Shown: positions 1-9,483, numbered from the stretch's first letter. The stretch is 64,000 nt of DNA from Candidatus Daviesbacteria bacterium (GCA_028715175.1 JAQUSJ010000001.1:610386-674385); one strand, 5' to 3'. Notes: generated from the letters alone by a model not told the origin. Program-made: numbers and translations.

Positions 1-272
1 TAACGGGCCCAAATTAGCTCCCGAATTAAAGGTGCGGCAACAGATTGCCCGTTTCCGCCTAAAATTAGCCTTCTTTTTAAAATTCTTTCAATAGTCGAGC
101 GCAGGATTACTTCGTCTTCTCTGTAATCAATCGCTGTACGGAATTTTTCATACCAGGTAGCAAGCTCAGCCACCAGTTGATTTACGGAAATTGTCTTATC
201 ATAATGCGGAGTAGCGGTTCTGTCATATGCTGCAATCAGAGCCTGCGAAAATTTGTTTACTGTTTTTGACAT
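1..272 (-). CDS. Hypothetical protein, 5' part only (runs off window)
   Basis: Manual translation from ATG 272: MSKTVNKFSQ...WYEKFRTAIDYREDEVILRSTIERILKRRL...LIRELIWARY, open to position 1; not in ORF track. Confidence 0.7.
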   Translation of the reverse strand, partial: MSKTVNKFSQALIAAYDRTATPHYDKTISVNQLVAELATWYEKFRTAIDYREDEVILRSTIERILKRRLILGGNGQSVAAPLIRELIWAR

Positions 273-303
273 TTTGTGTGCTATAGTAATATTATCACAA
301 TTT

Positions 304-1428
304 ATGACCAGCGAGGAAAAATTTAATCTAATCACCAGAAGTTTAGAAGAAGTTTTGACTGAAGAGGAGTTGAAAAGTCTAATTGAATCTGGAGTCCCCT
401 TGAAACACTATATCGGTTTTGAAATTTCCGGAAAAGTTCACTTGGGAACTGGCTTTGCTACTATGCAAAAGATAAAAGATCTACAACAAGCCGGTGTCCA
501 AACCACTATTTTTCTGGCAGATTGGCATACTTGGTTAAATAAAAAACTTGATGGCACGCTGGAAACTGCCAAAAAAATGGCCAGAGTTTATTTTGAAGAA
601 GGTTTAAAAGCTGCAGCTTTATGTGTGGGAGCTGATCCTGACAAAATTGAATTTGTTTTGGGAAGCGAGTTGTATGAAAAAATGGGACAAAGTTACTGGG
701 CTGATGTTATAAGAGTATCCAAAGCCACCACCATTGCCCGGATGCTACGCTCCACTACCATCATGGGCAGGAAAGAAAATGAGATTTCAGACAGTGCCAT
801 GTTAATTTATCCTGCCATGCAATCAGCTGATATATTTGCATTAGGTGTAACCATCATCCATGCCGGAACAGACCAGAGAAATGTTCATGTTGTAGCCAGG
901 GAAGCAGCGGGGGAGATAGGCAAGCAAAAACCAATTGCCATTCATCACCACTTACTTCAGGGCCTTATGCAACCGGTTTTTAAAACAGATGAAAATGGAA
1001 AAAAAGTCATGGATCTGGAGGCGGCAAAAATGAGTAAGTCCAAGCCGGACAGCGCTATCTTTATTCATGATGAACCGGATGAAATCAAGAAAAAGATCAC
1101 AAATGCCTATTGCCCGGAAGGGGAAGTTGAATTTAATCCAATCCTGGACTGGACTAAACACCTAATTTTCTACCCGTCAGCTTCGCAAGGCGTCCCCTTG
1201 CAAGTTCAACGCGATCAAAAATGGGGAGGGGATATAACTTATGCTACTTATGAAGAATTAGAAAAAGATTATGCAGAGAAAAAACTTCACCCCATGGATT
1301 TAAAAAATGCCGTGGCAGCATGGCTGATTAAAAAGTTAGAACCTGCTAGAAAATATTTCGAAGACCCGCAGCGAAAAGCTGCCTTAGAAGAGATTGAAAA
1401 ATTAACCCAATTGAAAATTAATTTATGA
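304..1428 (+). CDS. tyrS: Tyrosine--tRNA ligase, archaeal/eukaryotic type
   Basis: YIGFEISGKVHLG (HIGH-like), YPAMQSAD, GTDQ, KMSKS, C-terminal LHPMDLK; no S4 domain; start moved to ATG 304. Confidence 0.92.
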   Translation: MTSEEKFNLITRSLEEVLTEEELKSLIESGVPLKHYIGFEISGKVHLGTGFATMQKIKDLQQAGVQTTIFLADWHTWLNKKLDGTLETAKKMARVYFEEGLKAAALCVGADPDKIEFVLGSELYEKMGQSYWADVIRVSKATTIARMLRSTTIMGRKENEISDSAMLIYPAMQSADIFALGVTIIHAGTDQRNVHVVAREAAGEIGKQKPIAIHHHLLQGLMQPVFKTDENGKKVMDLEAAKMSKSKPDSAIFIHDEPDEIKKKITNAYCPEGEVEFNPILDWTKHLIFYPSASQGVPLQVQRDQKWGGDITYATYEELEKDYAEKKLHPMDLKNAVAAWLIKKLEPARKYFEDPQRKAALEEIEKLTQLKINL

Positions 1429-1529
1429 TGTATTCAAATAAATTTAAAACTTTCTGGATAATTTTGTCTGTTGTGGCCGGACTGGCAATTATCCTTTTCT
1501 CTCTATTGCCTCTTTTAACCTCGCTTTAG
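1425..1529 (+). CDS. 34-aa single-pass membrane microprotein
   Basis: ATGA overlap with tyrS stop; MMYSNKFKTFWIILSVVAGLAIILFSLLPLLTSL*. Confidence 0.55.
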   Translation: MMYSNKFKTFWIILSVVAGLAIILFSLLPLLTSL

Positions 1530-1544
1530 TGTTAAAATAGCCAC

Positions 1545-3671
1545 ATGAATTTTAATACGCCTTTATTGCAACTACCGGGTATTGGTTATACGTATGCCAA
1601 AAGACTGGAGAGACTTAATCTTTTCACTCTTGAAGATTTAATTTATCATTTTCCCTTTAGGTATGATGATTTTTCCAATACCACCTCAGCTCTGCAAGCC
1701 AAAATAGGGGAGTCTGTGACTTTGCAGGGAGAAATTTGGACAATCCAAAATATTTATACCAGATCCAGAAAAATTATTACCAAAGCCGTATTTAATGATG
1801 GCACCTCACCAATAGAGTTAACCTGGTTTAACTCCTCCTGGCTGACCAAACAGATTCAAACAGGGGACAGGTTACAGGTTTCAGGGAAGATCAGTAAATA
1901 CAAAAACAAACTTTCTATAATCGCTCCTCACTGGGAGAAGTTAGATGCTGAACAAAAACAGCTTCCCACTCGTCAAGTGGGAACGCAAATTCATACCGGA
2001 AGGTTGGTACCCATCTACCCTGAAACCTATGGGGTGAGCTCCAAATGGCTGCGCACTAAAATTGCCCAGCTGCTACCCCAAGTCTTAGATGAAATAAGGG
2101 ACCCGTTACCAAACCCAATTCGAGGCGAAATGTTGCCACTTGCACCCGCTCTCCAACAAATCCATTTCCCAAAAAATTGGGAGCAGACGGAAAAAGCCAG
2201 AAACAGACTCGGTTTTGATGAACTTTTTTTTGTATCTTTAGCAACTCAAAAAACCCGTCTGGAATGGAGCAAAATTCCGCTAGTTAAACCATTAAAAATC
2301 AACCCTGACAAATTAAACCAATTTATAAAAAAACTCCCATTTAAACTGACCCGGGCCCAACAAAAAGTCCTGCAGGAAATTACTGTTGATTTTAAAAAGG
2401 ATCAACCGATGAACAGATTAATCCAAGGAGAAGTGGGTTCCGGAAAAACAGTAGTAGCTGCCGCTGCCATCTATCTTGTCCACTTAAATAATCTAAAAAC
2501 GCTGTTTATGACACCCACGGAAATTTTGGCATTCCAGCATTTTGAAACCTTAAAAAATCTTCTGGAACCATACGGAATCACGGTAGGAATTTATACAGGC
2601 AGTAGAAAGCAGCTATCAAGAAGCGCGGGTGACGGCGAGAAAGGTGTCCCGACGCGTAGCCGCAGGAGCGAAGCGATCGAGGATGCACGGCGGGATATCG
2701 AGCCGGCAGGACCCGCGCAGGTGATTGTTGGAACTCATGCCCTTCTTTCCCAGAAACTACCCACTGACAATATCGGACTAGTTGTCATAGACGAACAACA
2801 ACGTTTCGGGGTAGAGCAGCGAACCCTGCTTCGAAAAAGAGCCAAAATCCCGCATTTCCTCACCATGACAGCCACTCCGATACCCCGAACCGTAGCACTA
2901 ACTTTATACGGGGATCTGGATATGTCAATTATTGATGAGTTACCCGTCGGAAGACAACAGGTCAAAACATATGTTGTACCTGAAAAGAAGAGGTTAGATT
3001 CCTACAAATTCATTGCCAAAAAAGTTGCCGAAGGTGACCAGGTGTATATTATTACACCTTTAATTGAACCTTCGGAAACTCTAACAACCGTAAAGGCCGC
3101 CAGGGTGGAGTTTGAGAAACTTCAAAAAGTTTTTCCCCGTCTTAAATTAGACCTGCTTCACGGCAGGATGAAAGGAGCTGACAAGGACACTATCACCAAA
3201 AATTTCCGATCCGGCAAAACCGATATTCTGGTTTCCACTTCTGTAGTTGAAGTCGGCATGGATAACCCAAATGCCACCATCATCGTCATTGAAGGTGCGG
3301 AAAGATTTGGCCTGGCTCAGCTGCATCAACTCCGGGGCAGAGTAGGCAGAGGAACAAAAGAGTCTTACTGCCTGCTTTACACATCAAATGCCTCAAGCGA
3401 CGATACAAGACGATTGAAATATCTGGAAACTACTTTTGATGGATTAAAACTGGCGAACTTGGATCTTAAAATCCGGGGAAGCGGGGAAATTTTCGGTACT
3501 GCGCAATCAGGCAGATTTGAGTTTAAAATAGCTACTTTTTCCAACATTACCTTGCTGGAAAAAACCAGACAGGAAGCACAAGATTTATTATCCAAAGACC
3601 CCACCCTTGACAAATACCCACTCCTCAAGGCAAAATTACAAGATATTGCATCAGGAGTGATGCCTGATTAA
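1545..3671 (+). CDS. recG: ATP-dependent DNA helicase RecG
   Basis: Wedge domain, GEVGSGKT, DEQQRFG, TATPIPRT, QLHQLRGRVGRG, DLKIRGSGE. Confidence 0.96.
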   Translation: MNFNTPLLQLPGIGYTYAKRLERLNLFTLEDLIYHFPFRYDDFSNTTSALQAKIGESVTLQGEIWTIQNIYTRSRKIITKAVFNDGTSPIELTWFNSSWLTKQIQTGDRLQVSGKISKYKNKLSIIAPHWEKLDAEQKQLPTRQVGTQIHTGRLVPIYPETYGVSSKWLRTKIAQLLPQVLDEIRDPLPNPIRGEMLPLAPALQQIHFPKNWEQTEKARNRLGFDELFFVSLATQKTRLEWSKIPLVKPLKINPDKLNQFIKKLPFKLTRAQQKVLQEITVDFKKDQPMNRLIQGEVGSGKTVVAAAAIYLVHLNNLKTLFMTPTEILAFQHFETLKNLLEPYGITVGIYTGSRKQLSRSAGDGEKGVPTRSRRSEAIEDARRDIEPAGPAQVIVGTHALLSQKLPTDNIGLVVIDEQQRFGVEQRTLLRKRAKIPHFLTMTATPIPRTVALTLYGDLDMSIIDELPVGRQQVKTYVVPEKKRLDSYKFIAKKVAEGDQVYIITPLIEPSETLTTVKAARVEFEKLQKVFPRLKLDLLHGRMKGADKDTITKNFRSGKTDILVSTSVVEVGMDNPNATIIVIEGAERFGLAQLHQLRGRVGRGTKESYCLLYTSNASSDDTRRLKYLETTFDGLKLANLDLKIRGSGEIFGTAQSGRFEFKIATFSNITLLEKTRQEAQDLLSKDPTLDKYPLLKAKLQDIASGVMPD
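2623..2718. repeat. 96-bp GC-rich palindromic element in frame within recG
   Basis: GCGCGGGT...ACCCGCGC termini, internal GTCCCG/CGGGAT arms, central GAGCGAAGCGA. Confidence 0.75.
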
Positions 3672-3683
3672 TCCAAAATAACC

Positions 3684-3881
3684 ATGGCCTCTGAACCAAA
3701 ACGAAGACATTCTAAAGCACGCAAACGTACAAGAAGAGCCGCAATAAAACTGGCGATTAATCTTGTAACTTGCAAAAACTGCAGTAAATTAACTTTACCT
3801 CATGTAGTCTGTAAAGAATGTGGATTTTACGGAGGAAAAGCTGTAACTGCAAAGCAAAAAGTCAAAGTAACGAAGGCATGA
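3684..3881 (+). CDS. rpmF: 50S ribosomal protein L32
   Basis: PKRRHSKARKRTRR, CxxC...PHVVCKECGFY. Confidence 0.95.
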   Translation: MASEPKRRHSKARKRTRRAAIKLAINLVTCKNCSKLTLPHVVCKECGFYGGKAVTAKQKVKVTKA

Positions 3882-4243
3882 AGAAAAAGTCTGACCCAAG
3901 GCACCTGAAAAGAACGAAACTCGTGCAAGAGTTATTCTCTTGGCAATTCAAGGATGATAAAAAACCCCCCTTACAAATCCGCGAAATAGTTTCTCATTTG
4001 TCTAAAATTGATAAATTGATTGCTAAATCTGCGCCGGACCGGCCTATTGTACAAATTAATAAAGTTGATTTAGCCATCTTGCGTCTTGCTGTTTTTGAGA
4101 TGATAATAGATAAAGAGACGCCTCCGAAGGTGGTTATTGATGAGGCAGTTGAATTAGGCAAGGAATACGGCTCTGATTCTTCTGCGAGTTTTATTAACGG
4201 CGCCTTGGGAAAATTAGTTGAAATTAAAAAAATAAGGACTTAA
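3878..4243 (+). CDS. nusB: Transcription antitermination factor NusB
   Basis: VDLAILRLA, PPKVVIDEAVELGKEYG, SFINGALG; ATGA overlap with rpmF. Confidence 0.93.
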   Translation: MKKKSDPRHLKRTKLVQELFSWQFKDDKKPPLQIREIVSHLSKIDKLIAKSAPDRPIVQINKVDLAILRLAVFEMIIDKETPPKVVIDEAVELGKEYGSDSSASFINGALGKLVEIKKIRT

Positions 4244-4292
4244 CCTTGCCTTTTTGACTAATCGTCAAAAACGTAAAGACCTGAAACATAAA

Positions 4293-4529
4293 ATGAATAC
4301 CGAAATAGAAATCATTAAAGCGATTGCGGAACATCTAGGCCTCACCTCGGAGGATCTGGATCGTCATGCGCTGCTGCAGGAGGAATTAAATTTAGGTCCA
4401 ATAGAGTTAAACGATCTTCTTTCAGATTTATCTCAAAAATTTGATGTAAGTTTTGATGCCGTAGAGATAGAAGATTTAAAAACCATAGATGATCTAATCG
4501 TTTTAATTGAGGATAATTTATTAGAATAA
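4293..4529 (+). CDS. Acyl carrier protein-like, lacking the DSL serine
   Basis: Acidic 78 aa, aligns by eye to ACP, sits upstream of rnc; ELNLGPIE replaces DLGADSLD. Confidence 0.75.
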   Translation: MNTEIEIIKAIAEHLGLTSEDLDRHALLQEELNLGPIELNDLLSDLSQKFDVSFDAVEIEDLKTIDDLIVLIEDNLLE

Positions 4530-5218
4530 TGTCGAATAATGATTTTACCGATCTTCTTGAAATTCTTAACTTAAAATTCAAAAACCCAAAACTACTGAAA
4601 CAAGCTTTTCTACACCGGTCTTATTTAAACGAGGTCAAAGTTAGCCTTCAATCCAACGAGCGTCTGGAGTTTTTGGGTGATTCTGTTTTATCCCTTGTGA
4701 TTTCTTATTACCTATACAACCTAAGAGCTACAGATACAGAGGGTGATTTAACAAATCTTAGGGCGCATATTGTCAAAACCAAATCATTGTATAAAGCCGC
4801 AAAAAACTTAAATTTAGGTAAATATTTAAGTCTTTCCAAAGGAGAAGAACTTTCAGGAGGCAGGAATAACCCTCAACTGCTGGCAAACACATACGAAGCA
4901 TTGATTGGAAGTTTATTTTTAGACCAGGGTTTGGAAATTACCAGGAAAGTTATAGACAAAACATTGCTTCCTTTTTTCGAAAAAGAGCTAAAGTTAGGCC
5001 CGCCAAAAGATGCAAAATCCTCATTGCAGGAAATAGTCCAACAAAAATTCAAGGAATCCCCGCACTACAAAATTTTGCAAACCTATGGGCCGGATCATGC
5101 CAAAAAATTCACCGTAGCAGTATATATTTCCGGCAAGGAAACAGGACGAGGTTCCGGAAGTAGTAAGCAGGTGGCCGAAGAACAAGCAGCAAAACAAGCT
5201 TTGCAAGGATTGACTTAA
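4529..5218 (+). CDS. rnc: Ribonuclease III
   Basis: NERLEFLGDSVL signature, C-terminal dsRBD. Confidence 0.96.
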   Translation: MSNNDFTDLLEILNLKFKNPKLLKQAFLHRSYLNEVKVSLQSNERLEFLGDSVLSLVISYYLYNLRATDTEGDLTNLRAHIVKTKSLYKAAKNLNLGKYLSLSKGEELSGGRNNPQLLANTYEALIGSLFLDQGLEITRKVIDKTLLPFFEKELKLGPPKDAKSSLQEIVQQKFKESPHYKILQTYGPDHAKKFTVAVYISGKETGRGSGSSKQVAEEQAAKQALQGLT

Positions 5219-5238
5219 AGCTCCGTCATCTATATACT
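5210..5238 (+). promoter_or_regulatory. Sigma70-like promoter of rpsP, probably leaderless
   Basis: TTGACT-N17-TATACT, 7 nt before ATG 5246. Confidence 0.6.
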
Positions 5239-5245
5239 TAACCCC

Positions 5246-5815
5246 ATGCTAAAAATTCGTTTAATGAGAATCGGTGCCAGGAAAAAGCCATTTTACCGGG
5301 TGGTAGTTGTTGATGAACGTGCCAAAAGGACAGGCGCCTGTATAGAATTGCTCGGGACATACAATCCTTTAACAGAACCAAAAGATATCAAGCTTAAACA
5401 AGATAGAATTGATCACTGGGTTAAACAAGGGGCACAGATGTCCACCGGTTTCCTTAGAATCACCGGTAAAGCCCCTCAAAGGCCACCCAGAAAACCAAAA
5501 AAAGAAAGTAAACAGGCAACAGGTGACAGTGAACAGGTAAAAACAGAAAAACAAGTAGAAGAAACTCCTAAAGAAGAGGTAACCAAAGAGACAACAAAAC
5601 CCGAGCCAGAGGTAGGCGAGAAGAGCGAAGATGTTAAAGCCAGCGCAGACCAGTCTTTGTCTGAGCCAGGTGAGGATGGCCAAAAGGCTCAAGCTATGAC
5701 GAGCGTGACGCCATCCGAGCCGGTCACGAGCGGAGCGAGTGAGGCGAGTTTGACTGGCGAGCAGGCTAACATCGAGCCCGTCCCAGAAAGCGAGAAAAAT
5801 GAAAGATCTGCTTAA
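5246..5815 (+). CDS. rpsP: 30S ribosomal protein S16 with long acidic C-terminal extension
   Basis: MLKIRLMRIGARKKPFYRVVV...ELLGTYNP...WVKQGAQ. Confidence 0.93.
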   Translation: MLKIRLMRIGARKKPFYRVVVVDERAKRTGACIELLGTYNPLTEPKDIKLKQDRIDHWVKQGAQMSTGFLRITGKAPQRPPRKPKKESKQATGDSEQVKTEKQVEETPKEEVTKETTKPEPEVGEKSEDVKASADQSLSEPGEDGQKAQAMTSVTPSEPVTSGASEASLTGEQANIEPVPESEKNERSA

Positions 5816-6074
5816 TTTTATCGTAACCAATTTGGTTACCAAGCCGGAAGCTGTTTCGGTTGAGGAACAAAAAGACAACGAAAATATCAATCTAAACCTG
5901 ACAGTTGACCCAACAGATATGGGTTTGATCATTGGAAAGAACGGCCAAACAATCAGAGCCATCCGCAAACTTTTAACTGTTAGAGCTATGGCTGAGAATA
6001 TCAGAGTAAATTTGCAATTAACTGAACCGCAGGAGGATAAGAGGAATGAGGATACGAGTGAAGAGTCTTCCTAA
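5799..6074 (+). CDS. khpA: KH-domain RNA-binding protein KhpA
   Basis: DMGLIIGKNGQTIRAIR GxxG loop; position after rpsP. Confidence 0.88.
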   Translation: MKDLLNFIVTNLVTKPEAVSVEEQKDNENINLNLTVDPTDMGLIIGKNGQTIRAIRKLLTVRAMAENIRVNLQLTEPQEDKRNEDTSEESS

Positions 6075-6114
6075 TTTGACTCATCACTAGAAACTCTTAT
6101 ACTCTTATCCTAAA

Positions 6115-6819
6115 ATGAAATTTTCTATCATAACCCTTTTCCCTGAAGTCTTTGAACCCATCCTAAATTCATCAATCCTTAAACGGGCACAAAAAAAAGG
6201 TTTGGTTGAATTTGAGCTAATTAACCTACGTGATTTTGGAGAAGGTAAACACAAAGTAGTTGATGACCGTCCATATGGTGGGGGAGCAGGGATGATTTTA
6301 CGGGCTGACATTCTGACCAAATCATTAAAATCTATACTTTCCAAACTACCAACTACCAACTATCAACTATCAACTATCCTCACCTCAGCATCAGGATACC
6401 CTTATAAACAGAAGAAAGCTCTGGAATTTTCCAAAATAAATCATCTGATCGTCATATGCGGACATTACGAAGGGGTGGATCAGCGGTTTATTGACAAATA
6501 TGTAGACGTCGAAATTTCTATAGGGGATTATGTTTTGACAGGAGGAGAGATCCCGGCCATGGTCATTATTGATTCCATCACCAGGCTGATTCCCGGCGTC
6601 CTGGAAAAACCCGAAGCTACTGTAAATGAATCTTTTTCAAAGGGACTACTTGAACATCCCCAATATACCAGACCGGAAGAATTTGAAGAATCAAAAGTAC
6701 CAAAAGTATTATTATCCGGAAATCATGCCGAGATAGCCAAATGGAGAGAACAAAAATCTTTGGAAAAAACCCAAAAAATCCGCCCGAACCTGCTCAAAAA
6801 TAATGCAAGAAACATGTAG
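6115..6819 (+). CDS. trmD: tRNA (guanine37-N1)-methyltransferase
   Basis: DDRPYGGGAGM, CGHYEGVDQR, SIGDYVLTGGE, LLSGNH. Confidence 0.96.
   Translation: MKFSIITLFPEVFEPILNSSILKRAQKKGLVEFELINLRDFGEGKHKVVDDRPYGGGAGMILRADILTKSLKSILSKLPTTNYQLSTILTSASGYPYKQKKALEFSKINHLIVICGHYEGVDQRFIDKYVDVEISIGDYVLTGGEIPAMVIIDSITRLIPGVLEKPEATVNESFSKGLLEHPQYTRPEEFEESKVPKVLLSGNHAEIAKWREQKSLEKTQKIRPNLLKNNARNM
6344..6378. repeat. Heptamer tandem (AACTACC)2(AACTATC)3 in frame in trmD
   Basis: Read directly; encodes KLPTTNYQLSTI. Confidence 0.8.
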
Positions 6820-7408
6820 AAACGACTACTTTCCCTTTTATCGAGTGCCTGATGGCAAAATTGCAAAAGGATTACATAGTGATGTTTTTAGCCTGGATGA
6901 TCAATGGGTTGTAAAAAGAATTAAATCCGTTTGGCAAAGAAAGGGTTGGGAAGAAAGGCTTATCGGAGATCTTAAGTTGCTTGATCATTATTTGGGTCCA
7001 TTTATTCCATCGACCACTCTTGTTATATGCAGTGAGGATGATAAAACTAAGACTTTGCTTACAGTACAAAGAAGAATTTACGGAAAACCATTAAGAGACT
7101 TATCTTGGGAAGAATTGCTTAATAATAACCAAGCGGTTGAAAATCTACTTGAACTTGAACAACGTATAAAACAAATGTATAAAGAAACCGGTAAAACCCC
7201 GGATCTACATGGTGGAACTAGGAATTTTTTACGGCAATACGATTTTAAATATTCAAACAATCTCTTGATTACTACAGAAGGTCAGGTTTGGTGGACAGAT
7301 GTAGATAGACTCGGCCCTTTGTGGTCACCAAATTGGATAGGCGGCAAAATCCATATGGCCTTGATGATGAGATCTTTCTCAACTTTTATCCACAAACTCC
7401 AGAAATGA
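6803..7408 (+). CDS. Hypothetical protein, possible protein kinase-like fold
   Basis: IAKGLHSDVF, VVK, DLH, NNLL and D in kinase-like order. Confidence 0.5.
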   Translation: MQETCRNDYFPFYRVPDGKIAKGLHSDVFSLDDQWVVKRIKSVWQRKGWEERLIGDLKLLDHYLGPFIPSTTLVICSEDDKTKTLLTVQRRIYGKPLRDLSWEELLNNNQAVENLLELEQRIKQMYKETGKTPDLHGGTRNFLRQYDFKYSNNLLITTEGQVWWTDVDRLGPLWSPNWIGGKIHMALMMRSFSTFIHKLQK

Positions 7409-7440
7409 ATCTCCACGGCTTAAAAGCCGCAAATGAAACC

Positions 7441-7481
7441 GTGTCAACCTAACCCACCCCAGGGGTGGGATGAATTGACAC
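7441..7481. repeat. REP-like palindrome 5' of RAYT
   Basis: CCCACCCC-A-GGGGTGGG core inside GTGTCAA...TTGACAC; right arm provides TTGACA-N17-TAATCT. Confidence 0.85.
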
Positions 7482-7509
7482 CGTACCATTTTTAGGATAA
7501 TCTCAAAAT

Positions 7510-8232
7510 ATGCCCTTTCGCAAAATTCCTGTTGTTGCTGGTGAAATTTATCACGTATTTAATAGAAGCGTAGCCAGACAACCAATCTTTCTTGCTACCA
7601 AAGACTTCAGCAGAGCTATTGAATGTATCAAATTTTATCTACATGGTGATCTGCCTCTGCGTTTTTCTCACTACAATCGTCTTCCTGTAGAACAAAAAGA
7701 CCAAATAACTAAGCAAATACAGAAATGTCCCCAAATAGTAGAAATCCTAAGCTTTTGTTTAATGCCCAACCACGTTCATTTCCTGCTTAAAGGTTTAACA
7801 GAAAAAGGGATAATTCAATTTATGAGTAATTTTCAAAATAGTTACGCAAAATACTTTAACTTAAGAACAGACCGAAGCGGTACTTTATTTCAGGCAATGT
7901 TTAAAGCAGTCAGGATAGAAACAGACGAGCAGCTTGTTCATGTTAACCGGTATATCCACTTAAATCCGGTCACTGCTTATATAGTCAATAATATTGGGGA
8001 CTTAGAGAATTATCCTTGGTCTTCATACCCTGCTTATTGCAAAGCAAAAAGCTTGTCTTATTTAGATTCTTCGTCAAGTTTCATAACTAAAGAACCTGTT
8101 CTAAACCTTTTTAAAGATATACCTGCCTTTAAAAAGTTCACCGCAGACCAAGTCGACTACCAGCGTAAATTAGATGAACCTAACCCACCCCTGGGGTGGG
8201 AAATGCATACACCATCTATTCAAACGGATTAG
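7510..8232 (+). mobile_element. REP-associated tyrosine (Y1/HUH) transposase, RAYT-like
   Basis: YHVFNRS, FCLMPNHVHFLL (HUH), YIHLNPV, YPWSSY; flanked by REP palindromes. Confidence 0.9.
8177..8201. repeat. REP-like palindrome in 3' end of RAYT
   Basis: AACCTAACCCACCCCTGGGGTGGGA, 24/25 identical to 7446-7470, same orientation. Confidence 0.85.
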
Positions 8233-8914
8233 TTTTTCCTCTTTGAGAAGTCGAAACAGCAGAAGAACTTGCAGTAAAACTGATCTTTGAGAGAGCAATC
8301 AGTAAATCTTCCTCTGTTTGGCTAAACGAAGGCAGAGGGGAATCTACTGCACCAAAAGTTTGGGGCATAGAAGAATACAAAGCTTCTATGACAACGCTTG
8401 TACTAATAGTTTCTGAGGCTTGATTGGATGAAATATCAATACTGCTTACTCTTATTATCCGGGGTAAGTTTTCCAAATTAGTTATGAAATTTTGAAATAG
8501 AGTCTTGGGCCCTTTAATCTCCAGCTTTATTTCGTAACTGTTCGCATTTCCGACTTTACCAGAGGTATTACTTAATGTAACGGAAGAAATTATGAATCCC
8601 GACTGCGCAGCCAATCCTTGCAGCAAACCTAAAACCTTACCATAATCTTTTTCCGTAGGAAAAACATTGAGGGTAATTCCTATTTTTTGAGCTAAATCTT
8701 CACCGTTTACGCTTTCCAGAGCAGCAACGTTTGTTGCTAAAAATTTAGATTTATTCATCAGATCTCCCGCAACTTTCTGATTTTCGATTAATTTAGCTGT
8801 TTGAGGATAAATTGCAAATATGATCAAAAAAAGGCTTGATAGCGCGACTACCGCAGGAAAAATATACAATTTGTAACGGGAATAAAACTGTAAAGCTATC
8901 TCTTTTTTCATCAT
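8216..8914 (-). CDS. pilO: Type IV pilus PilO-like protein
   Basis: N-terminal TM, coiled coil, FITNLENLPRII; follows pilM-pilN; start placed at ATG 8914. Confidence 0.75.
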   Translation of the reverse strand: MMKKEIALQFYSRYKLYIFPAVVALSSLFLIIFAIYPQTAKLIENQKVAGDLMNKSKFLATNVAALESVNGEDLAQKIGITLNVFPTEKDYGKVLGLLQGLAAQSGFIISSVTLSNTSGKVGNANSYEIKLEIKGPKTLFQNFITNLENLPRIIRVSSIDISSNQASETISTSVVIEALYSSMPQTFGAVDSPLPSFSQTEEDLLIALSKISFTASSSAVSTSQRGKTNPFE

Positions 8915-8918
8915 GTTA

Positions 8919-9461
8919 TTATGGCTTAATTTTGAAACCAATTCTGTAAAAACCATCCCGACCCCGGTTGAGGGTTTCAACAGAAACTTGGCTAATTTTA
9001 CTTTCATTTGCTTCTTTGTTCGTCAAATTATTGACTAAGTTATCTAAACTTGCAGAATCGGGTACTGTTGCCAGAATTACCGCCCCGCCAGTCTTATCAA
9101 TGGTAATTGCGTTGATTAAGACGGAAACCGGAATTAATTTATCAATTAATTTATACATCGATGATTGCTGCGAAGATTTTCCAAAATATTGATTAATTCC
9201 ATTAAGCCGGTTTTTCAAAAGGAATAAAGATGCCTGAGTACCTTTCAGATCAGAAACTTTTTGTTCCTCCTGTGCCAACGTTGCTTGAATAACCGCAATA
9301 CTTTGACTCTGCAAAATCCGCAGAGCCAGCGTCAAAGAAGCCAGAAAAACCATTATCAGTACAATAATAATTCCGGCAAATTGAATCTTGTAAAATTTCG
9401 CTTTTTTTAACTCCTGCGCCATAATTTCGGGCGGGAGTAAATTGATTAAAATTCTAGCCAT
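8919..9461 (-). CDS. pilN: Type IV pilus PilN-like protein
   Basis: INLLP motif plus TM and coiled coil. Confidence 0.85.
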   Translation of the reverse strand: MARILINLLPPEIMAQELKKAKFYKIQFAGIIIVLIMVFLASLTLALRILQSQSIAVIQATLAQEEQKVSDLKGTQASLFLLKNRLNGINQYFGKSSQQSSMYKLIDKLIPVSVLINAITIDKTGGAVILATVPDSASLDNLVNNLTNKEANESKISQVSVETLNRGRDGFYRIGFKIKP

Positions 9462-9483
9462 ATTTTTAACTAGCCGTCAGCCA

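Noticed and set aside
5369-5968. 199-aa antisense ORF and other shadow ORFs (e.g. 35084-35647, 38352-38846, 59195-59662)
   Set aside because: Fully overlap well-supported genes and carry no recognisable motifs
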